A DNA stretch of 64,000 nucleotides, from assembly GCF_964355755.1 (NCBI RefSeq), contig NC_092677.1, forward strand, positions 8,950,101 to 9,014,100, written 5' to 3'. The notes beneath the pieces are model-generated. The model did not search any database. It saw only the letters and a program-made list of their open reading frames with translations, and was not told the origin of the DNA. Shown in pieces: positions 15,301 through 30,300 of the stretch. Every line of letters starts with the position of its first letter. Position 1 is the first letter of the stretch. The stretch is from Antedon mediterranea. Its lineage: Eukaryota; Animalia; Echinodermata. Position numbers and translations under genes: made by a program.

Positions 15301-18300
15301 TTAAAGTAAATGTGATGTTCAACATATCACATTACAAAGCATGAGAAGATCTTATTGTATGTGAACACTATGATTTGATTAATTATCAGGTGGTATATGT
15401 CCTTCTGGTCAGTTCTGTCCATCCGGAAGTTGGGAAGGTATCACATGTCCTCCAGGAACCTACCTCAACACAACCGGCAATAAAGGTAATGTTCATTACT
15501 GTAAATTTACTACTAATACTATATATTTACTCATTTGTGCAGGGTGTCTAATAACATGCTAAATTTGCCGCGCAACCAAAGCTACAGTACTCTGGCCTTC
15601 GGTGCAGGTGTTGGAACGAAAATATGAAAAACATTTACAAACAAACTATACAATTCAAAGAAAACAGCCTAATAACTTAACATAACCATATCATTTATTA
15701 TGTACCTTTTTTTAGACAGCAGTTTTTTCACATCATTTGCAATTGTTGATGTTTTGTAAATTGTACTGTAATGATTATTTCTGTTCCTACAGAGCTATCT
15801 GATTGTATTAGCTGCACAGAAGGATACTACTGTGAAGGGTACGGCAATATCTACCCTGATGACAAGTGTACTGTAGGCTATTATTGCCCTGAAGGCCAGG
15901 AAATTCAAAACCCACCAGATTATACTTGCCCGATAGGTATGTTGTATTCAATATTTATTTTTTAATTTAATCAAATTATTGTTTACTCATTACTAACGAT
16001 ACAATAACAGGAACAAAAAGGATCCTTGATCTAATTTAAAATAAAATAATATAATATTGTTATATTGTATAATTTTATTGTGTTTGATATAATGCCTCTC
16101 CCAATTCTTAAATCTGGATAGCATTGTTAAAACAATAGCATTATTGTATTCAACTGAAATGCAATGTAATTGTTCTACCATTGTTATATCTGAAGTCTAC
16201 ATAGTTGTATGATTATATATAATAAATGTATTATTATTATTGTTATAATTTCAACATCTTCATCAAAAGGTCATTTTTGCGAGGTTGGTAGCATTGAACC
16301 AGTGCGTTGTGTGTCCGGAACATACCAAGATCAAGAAGGTATGGGGTCATGTAAAGAGTGCCCTCAAGGTTACTATTGCGATAACACTTTGGAACCAGTG
16401 GTACTCTTTCAGAATTCCACTTGCCCTGCAGGTAAAAGTTTTTTGTTTTTGGTTATAACATGATTACTATCAACATTATCATCAGTCAATAATTTATTAT
16501 ATCATCATTACCAGTAACTATCTCTAAATATTTTTTCAACAGGTTATTATTGTCCAGCTGGCACACGATACGCTTATGAGTTCAAGTGTCCAAGAGGTAC
16601 ATTCAGTAACCGTACTGGCCTGAATGAGACGGATGACTGTAATCCATGCCCTGGTGGCTATTATTGTGACGAGGAGGCTCAGACGACATACACTAAATTG
16701 TGTTCCGCAGGGTCAGTAATATTTTTGAATATTGAGATTTGTTTCTGTCAAATTAATGGTGACTGTTACTAGACGAAATGCAGTACAACTCAAATTTTCT
16801 AGACATCGGACATTTTCTGTGTTTTTATAGGTATTTCTGTCGACGAAATGCTTTTGATGGCACACCAGATCAGGACACTGATGCTAATGTTTGTCCAGAT
16901 GGATACTTCTGTCCTGAAGGAACTGATGAGCCAGAGAGATGTCCACCATCAACATATTCACCAGTGCAAATGTTGGAAGCTGTCGATGAATGTCTTAATT
17001 GTACTAAAGGTTGGTTTATTCTCTATTCCTCCCCTACCTACACCCAAATAATGTTGTGTATGTATAAACCAATCTTCCTCTGTTTAAAGTAATCATTGAA
17101 TAACATCTCACAAGTCGAAAAGTCATGTAATCTGCCAATACATCTCAAATAATCTACAACATGCTGACTTATTAAACCAAAACTTTGTAGTCTAGTTATA
17201 TTGTACATATACATGTCATTGTTATAGGTTACTACTGCGAAGGATACAACCTGATAGAACCAAGTGGCCCATGCTTGGAGCGGTATTATTGTCCAGAAGG
17301 ATCAGTCCGCGAAGATGAACTGGATTGTCCTGTTGGTCATTTCTGTCCAAATGCAACCTTTGACCCAGAACCTTGTCCAAGAGGTTTGTATTACAATATA
17401 GTATGTATGGAAATAAATGGTTGACAATAACACAGTTTCTGAGTTGTATTACCATGTAATGTAATATAACGATATACTTTTATATTTAAGAAATTGACCT
17501 TTGTATCGGAATTTAAATAGGTTCACAAACTTGACCCAGAAAGTCCAGAGGAGAGTTTGTCCAGATGTTTTAATGACCATTTAGTTTATAATAGAGTCCC
17601 TAAAGAAAACACTTAGCTTAACTTTGCGACTGTTCCCATCGTAAAACAATTAGATACTGACAGTTTTAAGCAGAGATTCGACAGGGCCAATTCATCATTG
17701 TAACCTCCCCAGATAAGATCAATCATTCCCACTTAAACACCCCTGGATCAACTTAGGACCAATCATTAGCTCCATAAATGATGTAATGACATTATGCAAA
17801 TGAACTGAGCCAATATACCCCCAAGTTTCAGAAGAGCCCAGACACACCTTACAGCCACCTCACGGAGCACACACCTCACAGCCACTTTTTCAGAAGAACA
17901 TCTACACCTCACAGCCACTTCTTCAGAAGAACATCTACACCTCACAGCCACTTCTTCAGAAGCAGACCTACACACTTCACACCTCACTGACAGCATCATT
18001 GATCGTCCGTTCCTTATCTATACTTATAGTTGTATATTGTACTGAAGTATTATACTGAATAAACAATATATGTGTTACGACAGTCAAGCGAGTCAGAGTC
18101 TTCATTAGTACCTCAACAACGCAACACTATATTACAGTAACTTGGTGAGGTAGTCTATTGTGAGCAAAAACTAGTTGCTCTGAAATTGTAATCTCGGACA
18201 GTATTTCAAACAGGTTTTTTTTTTAGTAGTAATATAGCATGACACCTTAAGTTTCCACAAGCCTTCACATTTTAGGCAGGTCCCTAGTTTTTTTAGAGGT

Positions 18301-21300
18301 TTATAGTTGGGACCTACTGACTTAAGAAAACCATAAATAATATTTTTTTCTTTTCTTTTTAGGAACTTATTCTAATGAGACTAACCTGGCCTCTGCTGGT
18401 GATTGTTACCCATGTACTGGTGGCATGTACTGTGAAACTGAAGGGTTGACTGAGCCAACAGGATATTGTGCTATTGGTATGTATTGATCTTTGACCTTCT
18501 GTCATAGCTTGTCAAGATTGTAACCAATTCTTTCTGATGGTTCAATCTTTGTAATTTTCCCAGATTTAAACCAATTTACATTTGTGGTAGGCTACCATAA
18601 CATGCTAACTTTTGCACCCTAGTGTCAGCGAGATATAATACCTCCCTGCTATTGTATTCTAGTGCTGCACATATTTTAAAAATTTTCACATTCAAAACAG
18701 CACCATTATATGTTTTGGATGAGATTTCAGAGTTCTTGTCAACTATTGGAAAATATTTCTAAGTAATATTCATATATATCCATTATTCAAAAAAGAAAAA
18801 ATTGGTTTTTACTTGTTTTCATTCTCCACAGGTTATTACTGTCCGCCTGGAACGATCCATCAGGAACCAAATGACACATTCTGTCCAATTGGAAACTACT
18901 GTCCTGGGGGTGTTGCTTATCCTATACCATGCCGAAATAACAGCGAGGTAAACCATACTCATGCAGAAATGTGTTATGAGTGCCCTGCAGGTTACTTCTG
19001 TCAAATTCAAGGATCGAAGGAGATCTGTCCAAGAGGATACTACTGTCCACAAGGCACAGGTTGGTTGATATATCACTATTCTTGTCATCACTTTGTAAGG
19101 AAGGCTTTTTCTTAGTTTTTTTCTTTTTGGTTAAACCGTTTATATTTGTAATAGTTTAGAAGGTTAAAATATTTATAAAAAATTATGTTTTTAGGCTATG
19201 ATTTACAATCGTGTCCTCGTGGGACGTACAGCGACCAGGAAGGCAATTATGAGCTAAGCCAGTGTAAACCATGCGATGGTGGATGGTACTGTGATTCAGA
19301 ACACCTAGAAATGCCAACTGCCGAATGTGATCCTGGTTACTACTGTGTTTATGGTATCGATCGTCCACAGCCTGATGGGAATAACATTACTACAGCACCA
19401 ATGAATGACAGCTGTCCATATTTTGATGATGCTCAGACAGGCTTTGGAGGGCGCTGTCCTATTGGTCATTTCTGCGAGAGTGGGAGTATCTATCCTGATT
19501 CATGTGTGGCTGGTACATATGCACCTCTAGAAGCCATAGATGCTTGTCTGCCTTGTGAACCAGGTAAAACATATATAAAATATAGACTTCTAATATTAAG
19601 ACAAATAAATATATTTACCTATGAATGTCAATTTATGTATTTTAATTTTTTTTTTTTAGGATTTTATTGTGAGGTACAGGCCAGTAACTATACAGACAAC
19701 CCATGTCCATCCGGTCACTATTGTCCAGAGGGAACTGAAAGGTCAACCCAGTTCCCATGTCCACCAGGAACATTCAATAACCTAACTGGTAGCAGTAACA
19801 TCAGTGATTGTGTGCCATGTTTAGGTAAGGATAGTGCTTTTTTAAGCTGGTATGAAGAGTAGCCATTAGGCTAGTCTAACTTTTCCAAACCAAAACCACT
19901 GAATAACTTTCCTAAGCTGTTACATGTCTATCCTAAGCTACCACATGTCTATCAGAAGCTATCACATGTCTATCATAAGCTATCACATGTCTATCATAAG
20001 TTATCACATGTCTATCCTAAGCTATCACATGTCTATCATAAGCTATCACATGTCTATCATAAGCTATCACATGTCTATCCTAAGCTATCACATGTCTATC
20101 ATAAGTTATCACATGTCTATCATAAGCTATCACATGTCTATCATAAGCTACCACATGTCTATCATAAGCTATCACATGTCTATCATAAGCTATCACATGT
20201 CTGTCCTAAAACACTACATGCCTAGCCTATAACTTACTAGCCTACTTACCTGGTCTAACTTTCAACTAAAACCATTGTTTTACAACTGAGCTATAGTTTA
20301 TGTAATCAACTTTTGTTAAATGTCATCAAAGAATTTCACTATTTTACTTATTGTCAGTTTTTGTAGAAAAAATGGCCAGTTTGTTTATTAGTTGATCTCA
20401 AGCATTGTTTAGTTATTGTTAGTTTTTGATAGATGGAATTAAAATATTTAATTATAGGTGGTTCTTATTGTGCAAGTGAGGGTCTTTCGTGGCCAACGGG
20501 GTTATGTGAAGGAGGCTACTACTGCAACGGGGGATCCAACACCAGTACCCCTGATGGATTTGCAGGTGACATGTGCTCTGCTGGATTCTACTGTCCAGAA
20601 GGGTCTACTTTCCCCTTAGCTTGCCCAGGTGGAAAGTATTGTTCTGTGAATAAGCTGTCAAATATCTCTGGAGAATGTGATGCTGGCTTTTATTGCTATT
20701 CTAAAGCAGTAGTGCCAAATCCTGAAGATGGCAATGTTACTGGTAGGTCATAACACACATTTGTCATCAATTAATAATTGTAACACAGAAATGTTATTAA
20801 GTAAGTGGAGTATGAATTATATTAGTGCAGCTACTATAAGCATAATGCTTGTAATTTGTATTCAAGTTTCAGAGTTTATTTCTGGAACTGACAACACTAA
20901 ACACCCCCAATTTTACAATGTATCTATCATCCACTGGTACAACAGTAGATCAATGAATGTTTATTATTTGTTTATTGTTGTTTCTAGGCAACTACTGTCC
21001 AATGGGTACATTCTGTCCATCAGACAGTGACTCGCCAACTCTATGTCAGTCAGGCACTTATCTGAACAGTACTCACAATGATGATGAAATGGACTGCCTA
21101 TTGTGTTCTCCTGGCTGGTACTGTGCTGGTAGTGGGAACCCTCTACCTACTGACCAGTGTTCCAGGGGCTATTACTGTCCGGAAGGGCAGGATGAGGCTA
21201 CACCAGCTGAATATAATTGTACACAAGGTTAGTTTTTTATTGTGGTGGTCAAATGATATTTACTTTAATAGTTTAGCTTTTAGACAGACCAAGTATTAAA

Positions 21301-24300
21301 ACTGAAAAGTTTTACTACATATAGATTCCAGAAATGTTATTGGTTCATGGCTAGTAGAAATTAGCTATTTTCGTTTTGTTTACTCAATTTAACATTTGCA
21401 TTCTGCAGGTCATTACTGTCCCGAAGGCAGCATAGAGCCTCTTCGTTGTGACTCGGGCACTTACCAAGATCAAGTAGGCCAGTGGACATGTAAGGACTGT
21501 CCAATGGGCTACTATTGTGATAACGTAATGGAACCAGTTGTACTGTATAATGAATCACATTGTCCCACAGGTGAATATAAGTTACATCTTCAACGTATTT
21601 TGTATAAGTGCCCATTCAAACTTTTTTACCTGGGTTGATGCACATTTATGAATAATTAAATAACTAAGCCTGAAGAGACCCTAATTTATGTTTTGATATA
21701 CCTTGTATTGTAGTCTATATTTTTGTATTTAAGTACAAATTTTGTTAAACATAGTTCATCCGTTTTTCTTTTTCCATATATGTTTTTTTTTATAATGTTT
21801 ATATGATGGCCCCTTGATTGTCACCATATGCTGTTTAGGGTCACCCTCACTAAATAAGGTTTAATAAAAAATAAAAAACCTCCACATTTGTTATTACTTA
21901 AGGCATCAGCTCTGTTTGTTGGGTAGGACATTAAAAGCTGTTCTTTTTACATACAAGCATGTATTTGCACACAAAAGAACTTTGACCTCTGGGTTTAGCA
22001 AGTGAGTGCTCATAGCCGTTATGCTACTGCTCTTTGAGAGTGTTACTTATCTTGGTTTTTGTTATATAATTTTTTTTCAGGCTTTTATTGTCCACAAAAC
22101 ACAAAATATGCAATTGAGTTTCCATGTCCACGTGGGACATTTAACAATCTAACACACAGAACAGAGGAGAATGACTGCCAGCCATGCTCAGATGGCATGT
22201 ATTGTGAGACAGAGGGGCTCTCACAGCCTACAGGCTTATGCAGACCAGGTATGACAACTTAGATCTTAATGTAGGCTAGTGATTGATGCTAGAAATCAGG
22301 GCTAGAAATCGATTAAATAAAGTGACTGAAAGTCAACTATTCAATTCTGGTTTATTAAACATATAAGTGGTACTGCAGAATAATCAGAATTGCGCCACAT
22401 TTACTAACTCAACAGAAGGCCATTACAAGATGTATACATATAGGTTTGAAAGAAGTACATACATTCTAAATTATTTTTTTCAGGATATTACTGCTTAATT
22501 GGATCCAATTCATCAACACCATTGTTTGGAAGTGATGCTGATGAATGTCCAGTTGGTCACTATTGCATAGAAGGCAGTGCTCAGCCACAGGCCTGTCCAC
22601 CAGGAACTTACAATCCAAGCACAAGACGTGAAGCTGTGGAAGAATGCTTAAATTGCTCTGGTGGTCACTATTGTCCGACTTATGGCATGAATGAAACTGG
22701 GTCATTGTGTCAAGAAGGTCAGTAATAAGATTTAATCAATAAGGTGCTATTCACATTTTCTAAAAGTCCAGAATTTCTGAAACAGGAACGCTAATAATAG
22801 ACTTTAAAGGGGTTCTACTCGTTGAATTGAAGCAAATATCTTCATACTAGAATGTTAACAGACACATTTATCAATTATCTATTAATTGACAGGTTTCTAT
22901 TGTGATACTGGTGCAGACAACAACCAGTTCATCCAATGTCCTACTGGAAGTTTCTGTATAGAAGGTTCAACTCTTCCAGAAGAGTGTCCCCCAGGAACAT
23001 TCAGCAGCTCTTATGGTTTGACAGCCGAGTCTGAGTGCACCAACTGTACAGGTTTGTGTTCAAGGCTTTTTTCTTTGTATTATCTATATCTAATAAATTA
23101 TATATTCATTTGGAAAAAATAGTATTAAAATAAGTATATAAATAATAAAATACTGGAAAACAATGGAACAAACCATCTTATTATATGCATAATGTATATT
23201 TACATTTAAGGTGGTTATTTCTGCCCATCAAATGGAATGACTGAAGTATTAGAGCTTTGCTGGGGAGGCTATTACTGCCCCAATGGTATTGCAGTTCCAA
23301 ATCCACCAGACTATCGATGCCCTGCAGGAATGCATTGCCCTAACGGAAGTGATATATACCAGCCATGTCCTAGCGGATCATTCACCAACTACACAGGTGC
23401 ATCAGAGTGTGAAATCTGCCCTGCAGGCTATTATTGCACACCAGTCGTACCAGAGAATGCTAGCCTGGCAGCGTTGCCTTGTCCTCCTGGCTATTTCTGT
23501 GATTTTGGTAAGTTTGACTTCTGCAATGGGCTTTTTGCAAAGTATATATGTAACTCACAATGATGATTGAGAGGTTATAATTAAACATTTTCATCTTTAT
23601 CAAATTATCATCACTGAATTCAAGTAAGATTCATAAAGGAAAAAGAAGAAATTGCATTGACTAATAAATTTAAATTGTTTTCTTTATTTGAACGGTTACC
23701 TATATAATTATATTACTGTTTGATTTTGTTTACAGGTACTGGACTAGATTGGCAACCATGCCCTGCAGGCACCTACAGTAATGCAACCCATTTGACAGAA
23801 CAGTCCCAGTGTCTATCATGTGATGGTGGTACATACTGTCAAGGGACACATTTAATTGAACCAACTGATGTGTGCGATCCTGGCTTCTTCTGTACCTCAG
23901 GACTGGACCGACCAAACCCAGGAGCAGATAATGTTACTCTCAATGACACCAGTTGTACTTGCCCAGAACAAAGTGTTTATACAGGTAATGTGATTTATTT
24001 TTACAGATTCCTGACAAAAATATTGTTTAATTATTTTAAATTCTAACATAATGATGCATATTTCTTTTCTTGCATTATACTGGAGTTAATTAGTGTTTAA
24101 TGTTTTTTGCTTTGGTGATATATTTGGTGTTTCCTACTAATTCATTAATTATGTATATGATATGTATTTGTATTTAGGTGTTGGTGGAGTGTGTCCAGTT
24201 GGTCACTACTGTCCAGCTGCATCTGTTACTCCAAGACCCTGTGAGGCTGGTGCCTATGCAGCTATCACACAGCAAGCAGAGTGTACTGAATGTCCAGCAG

Positions 24301-27300
24301 GCTACTACTGTGAGATTGAGTCTTCAGGCTTCACAAACTTCTCTTGTCCTCCAGGTATGTAGTGGAATCTTTGGGAGAAAATGCTAAATTGAAAAAATGT
24401 TTTTACTTAAATGCATACTGAGGACCATCAGTATCATTACATAAAATATTTTTAGGACTATCAATTACAATTATCAGAAATGTTGTTAAAGTACTGTGTT
24501 AAGATATTGTAAAACTTAAATTAAATAAAGATTTCTTTTGATAAGCCTTTGTTTTCTTTGGTAGGTCACTATTGTCCTAATGGCACCAGATATTCAACAG
24601 AGTTTCCATGTGCACCTGGCACATTCAATTCTCATACCAATGGACTCTCCGATGCTGATTGTGAATCCTGCCCACCTGGAAAATACTGTGAAGGATCTGG
24701 CAACAGCAACTATACGGATGAATGTGATGCTGGGTGGTACTGCGAGGGAAGTGCAACGATGCGTAATGATACTATTCATGGTGGGAAATGCCAGCCAGGC
24801 TACTATTGCCCTAGAGGTATGACTTTATACTATCTATAGTTGAGACTACATCCACCATGAACATCTCTACATTTCAGTAACCAAATTAACTCATTTTGCA
24901 TATACATTCATTTTAAGTTGGATATTTACTGCAATCACATTTCTTTCATCCTCACAATGTATGTTGAACTAAGGCAACATTTAATCCATGATGTTATATT
25001 CTTATAGAGAACTTACATTATTGACCCTCAAGAAAATTAATATTATTAAAAATAAATCATGTTATGTGTTTTCAGGTAGTGGAAATCCAACCCCATGCGA
25101 TGGTGGCACTTTCTGTCAAATTGCAGGACTAGACACACCCACAAACCTGTGTGCCCCTGGTTTCTACTGTATCCTAGCCTCAACTACACCTACACCAACT
25201 GATGGTACAGAAGGGGATGAATGTCCTGCTGGCTACTACTGCGAGGAAGGATCTGCCTATCCTAGTGGATGTCCACCGGGAACGTTTAGTGATGCTGTTA
25301 GGAACGAGAATATAACCGATTGTACAGAATGCCTGGATGGCGAATATTGTGGAGCTTATAACCTGACTTCTCCATCAGGTAAACATATATCTTCATTCCT
25401 AAATAGGCTTTTGATTTGTGACAACCGAGGACCTATGCACCGATGTATCAGGTCTAAAGCCTTGTCTACATTATCAAACTTTATGTGACAAAAAAAAAGT
25501 GATGTACCCATATATGAACATGATGATGTCATAGCACTACCACATTTGGGAATATCACTACCATATTTGGACACATCACAGTTTTTTTGTCAAACTAGTT
25601 TGATAGTGTAGACAGAGCTTTAGAAAACTGGAATAGAAGAATAGAGTGCGAGAAGTACCTCCCAATTTCCTCAAATGCACAAACATGACACTGTTCTTAA
25701 AAGTTAAAAGCATAATGTGTATAAGCAATGTTATTTGTGAGGTATAAAAGATCTGAAAGTATTTCTAGAAATATACAAATATTCTATTAAATTTTCAGGT
25801 AATTGTAGCAGAGGTTACTACTGTCCTCGTGGTCAAAGTGATTTCCAAGCATTCCAGTGTCCAATTGGTCATTTCTGTCCAGAACACACATTTGATCCAT
25901 TCTTATGTCCAAGTGGAACCTACCAACCTGACTCTGGTCAGTGGGACTGTGACACTTGCCCAGCAGGTTACTATTGTGACAAGTAAGTTATTCATTTGAT
26001 TGTGTGACTTCATCACCAAAACACTGGATTTAAGTTTATTACAGAAGCAATTTTTAAGTATCACATTCAACAATAACATTAAAAACTAATTAATAAAAAA
26101 CAGGTTCTTTAATTACGGTACTATTGTTTGTTAACATTTAATTTTTAGTTCATTGGGTGTAGTAGTCATCAACGATACAATCACCTGTCCAGCTGGCTTC
26201 TACTGCCTGTCCGGCACAAAGCGTGCTGACCAGTACCCATGTCCATCTGGTACATATGGTAATGATACTGGTTATGATGATGTTAACGACTGTACTCCAT
26301 GCACTGGTGGCTATTACTGCGAGGAAGTTGGACAAACTACACCTGCAGCTCTTTGTGAACCTGGGTTTTATTGCCGCCAGTATGCTAATACATCCACGCC
26401 TGATCTTGGATATGATGCTGATGTTTGTCCCCAAGGTATGTTCTTAATATCTTTATATAGATATCAAAATTGGATATGCACTTCTTCCTAAAGAAGTAAT
26501 GATATCTCAAAAGTTGAGCTAAACATCTTTCTTCTTCATTTTCTAGGCTCATATTGCCAACTGGGTACAGCAGAGCCTACACAATGTTCACCAGGCCGTT
26601 TTGGTGCCTCTGAAGGTCTACACAATGCCACTGACTGTACACTTTGTCTGGCTGGCTGGTACTGTGAAAGCCCTGGTTTACTGTCATCTGAGGGTGAGTA
26701 CAGTATACAAGTATATTCTGTTATTCCATTTTTATTAGTATGTCAATTTTTTAAGGCCTTCTTTCCTTGCTTGTTCATTCCAAAATGAAATTTAGTTGTC
26801 ATCGTGAACCTGCTATAAACAGCAGGCTCCATAACTGCTGTAAAATCAACATTGCTTAAGAGAGTAAAAAAGGTTAATATTATGCTATTTATCTGAAAAT
26901 TTTATTTTTTTATATTTTTTAGGCCTTTGCAGTGCTGGATACTACTGTCCCATTGGTTCTGATTCTCGCACTATGGAAGTATGCATCCCAGGAAACTATT
27001 GCCCTGAGGGATCAGACTTACCCATAGCTTGCCCTGAAGGAACATTTAGCCCATATGAACGATTTGAGAATGAATCTGAATGTATATTGTGTACTGCTGG
27101 CAGCTATTGTGATATGCAAGGTATGCTTTGGTGTAGTGTTCCACAAAATACAAATTAAGTTATTTTAAGTCCTTCTATACACCATACAACACTATAGATA
27201 GTACAACATGCACAAACAACTAATTTACTTTAGTAGTCTCATCAACATAACCCCTAAATCAACTTTCAACCCTAAATATAAGTGAACCTTCTATTATTCC

Positions 27301-30300
27301 CCTTTAGAGTGCTAAAGTACATTAATAGCATCTGAAACAGGTGTGTGTAGTATTACTGTGTTATGTATAGTATTGAGTGGTGTTTATTAGTGTTGATTTT
27401 TCACTGCTATTGACAATCAAAAGCTGTACAATATTAAGTAGAACATAAAACATTGTGTATCTTCAGTGGGTTTAAGCTCTCAACTCTTCTTCGTAGCAAT
27501 TGTAACTGATACATTAAACTACTGCTTCATAGATGCATCTAAAATCAGATTCCAAAATCTGCGGTTCTTACGCAAAAATGCTTTACATGGTCTTAAATTA
27601 ATGAAAAATATGTTTCTTTATTTTGTTGTCTACATTATATGTGTAGGTATGACAACTCCTGCAGGACCATGTGAACCTGGCTATTACTGCCCAGGTGGTC
27701 AGAATTTCTCAAGACCAGCTGAATATGCTTGTACCATCGGCCACTACTGTCCACTAAATTCCAGTGAACCACTACCATGTGCTAATGGCACCTACATGAA
27801 TCAAACCCATGCATCTGAGTGCTTTGTTTGTCCAGAAGGATGGTAAGATTCCTCCCACTGTCTAATAATCAAATATTCTTGTGCTGTCAATTAGAACCTA
27901 TTTTGATGTTTTTAATAGTATGTGTTACTCTCATTGACTAAACTCTGTGTACACTATCAAACTAGTTTTTAAAAAAGCCCATATTGTGGCCAAATATGGG
28001 AGTGATATGAAGTCATCGTGTCCAAATATTGGTACATTTTTTGTCACTTAAAATTTGATAGTATGAATAGAGCTTAACATGAGCATACATATCATAATTG
28101 CATCCTTTAGGTATTGTATACTGGGCAACCTGGTGGATGAATGCCCAGAGGGTTATTACTGCCCAGCAGGTACTGGCTTTGACTGGCAACCCTGTCCTCT
28201 GGGTACATTTAATAATGAGACTGGCCTAGCAGAAGAAGAACAGTGTCAACTCTGCCCAGGAGGTTACTACTGTGATGAGATGGCTGGAACAATAGTGACT
28301 AAAAAATGTGCAGAAGGTACTGATGTGTATTTTATTAAATTAAACTTTTTAATGTACAGTGTAGGGTAATCCTTATCCATGTTAGTAGTAAACTTGTGTC
28401 AGTATTCCATCTCTACCTTCACTGCCATATGCCCTTTCCGATGCAACAACAAATTGTGAAGGTCTTTCTTTTAGCCAAAACAAGAAGATTGTTTTTGCCA
28501 ATAGTCTGCTAGATTTCGTGCAGATAACCATACCCATAACTCATGGTCTTTTGAGTTATTTCATAAGCTTACCAAGGATTTTATTGCTTTTATAGGTTAT
28601 TATTGTGAATATGGTGTTGATGTTGCCACACCTCTTGGAGAATACAATGTTACCTTTGAAAATGGAACTTGTCAATTCCTTGATGGACAAACCGGAGTTG
28701 GAAGCATTTGTCCAGAAGGTCACTACTGTCCAGAGGGAAGTGAGCGACCAATTCCATGTGTTGCAGGAACATATGCAAATACTACAGGATTTGCTGAATG
28801 TCTGGAATGCCCTGAACAATATTATTGCTGGGAAGGTAATTCATAGCTAGTTAGCCTATCTTAAAAGGAGTTCTGTGGTTCTTTTAACGTGTAACCTTGC
28901 TCCTGCTCCTCCTAATCATCAAACAAGAATTACACACCTAAATATTCCCATTATCCACTGCAGTTGCAGATATGTTTGTACCCACTTTGGAAAAAGAAAG
29001 TGTTTTATTATTCCAACAATAATTGTAAACATGTGTCAAAAGGCTTGAACTTTACTGAATGCTGTTCATACACATACATAAAAAAAAGCTAAAAGTTGAG
29101 GTGTTGGCCACCTAAATATTCACATATTCCACTGCAGTTGCAGATATGTTTGTACCCACTTTGAGAAAAGAAAGTGTTGTATTCCAACAATAATTGTGAA
29201 CAAGTGTCAAAAGGCTTGAATTTTACTGAATGCGGTTCATACACACTGTTTGTTTTTTATTATAGGATCTGTTATCTATTATGACAAGCCATGTCCACCT
29301 GGCCATTACTGTCCACCTGGAACTGATTCAGAGTTTGCGTTCCCATGTCCTGAAGGCACTTATTACAACTTTACAAAAGCACGTAACATGAATGACTGTA
29401 TTCCTTGCCCTGGAGGATACTACTGTGAGGTGGATGGCTTAGAAGATCCAACAGCTCTCTGTGCGCCAGGCTGGTACTGCAGTGGAAGTTCAAATTCATC
29501 AATGACAACAATATTTGGTGGAGAATGTCAGCCAGGGTACTACTGTCCTGAGGGGTCATATGATATGACCCATTGTGATCCAGGAATGTTCTGTTTAGTA
29601 TCTGGGCTTGATACACCATCTGGGAACTGCACAGAAGGTAAAGAACTACCATTTGCAATTCCTTTATAACTCTCTAACATAGCATAAAATATCTGCATAT
29701 GCTGTTAGATAACTAACAGCAGAGTGAGTGAGTGGCCGAGCGGTTAAGACAGTGGAACCGTAATTACGTAGCCATAACATCGGCAGGGGTTCGAGGCTCA
29801 CTCACTCCATGGTTCTGGTGATCACTGCCTTTAATATACTATTATATTTTAAAGTCATTTGTACTTTTTTTTTTATTTTGTAGGTTATTATTGCCTGCTT
29901 CAAGCTCAAACAGCAACCCCAAATGACAACATCACTGGTGCTATTTGTCCAGTTGGTCACTATTGTCCAGAGGGAACACCAGATAAGGTCCCATGCCCTT
30001 CAGGTTACTTTCTGGATTCGGAACAGAACAGCGCTCTCTCTGACTGTATAAACTGCACAGCAGGTAGTTACTGTCCGGGTGTCGGACGAGAGCTTCCTAT
30101 TGGAGACTGTGCTGCTGGATATTATTGCCCACCTGGACAAAGTCAAGCTAGTCCACCTGAATACATGTAAGGATTATTTTTTTCTAACTAAGCAAATTAT
30201 ATAGAAACATTGATGTCATGATTGTTAATCAAAGTGTTAATATTGCTTGTATTACTATCACTAATGCAAAGTTTCCTACATTCTATAAGAAAGTATATTT

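Noticed and set aside
17766-17999. Minus-strand ORF with EEVAVRCRC repeats
   Set aside because: It arises from short repeats inside the solo LTR.
19924-20232. 102-aa ORF of MSIISYH repeats
   Set aside because: It is the translation of a 21-bp intronic minisatellite. The flanking exons join in frame without it.
29721-29810. tRNA genes at SINE heads (also 6098, 34830, 42325)
   Set aside because: They have A and B boxes but no convincing cloverleaf, and they belong to dispersed repeat families that continue into SINE bodies.
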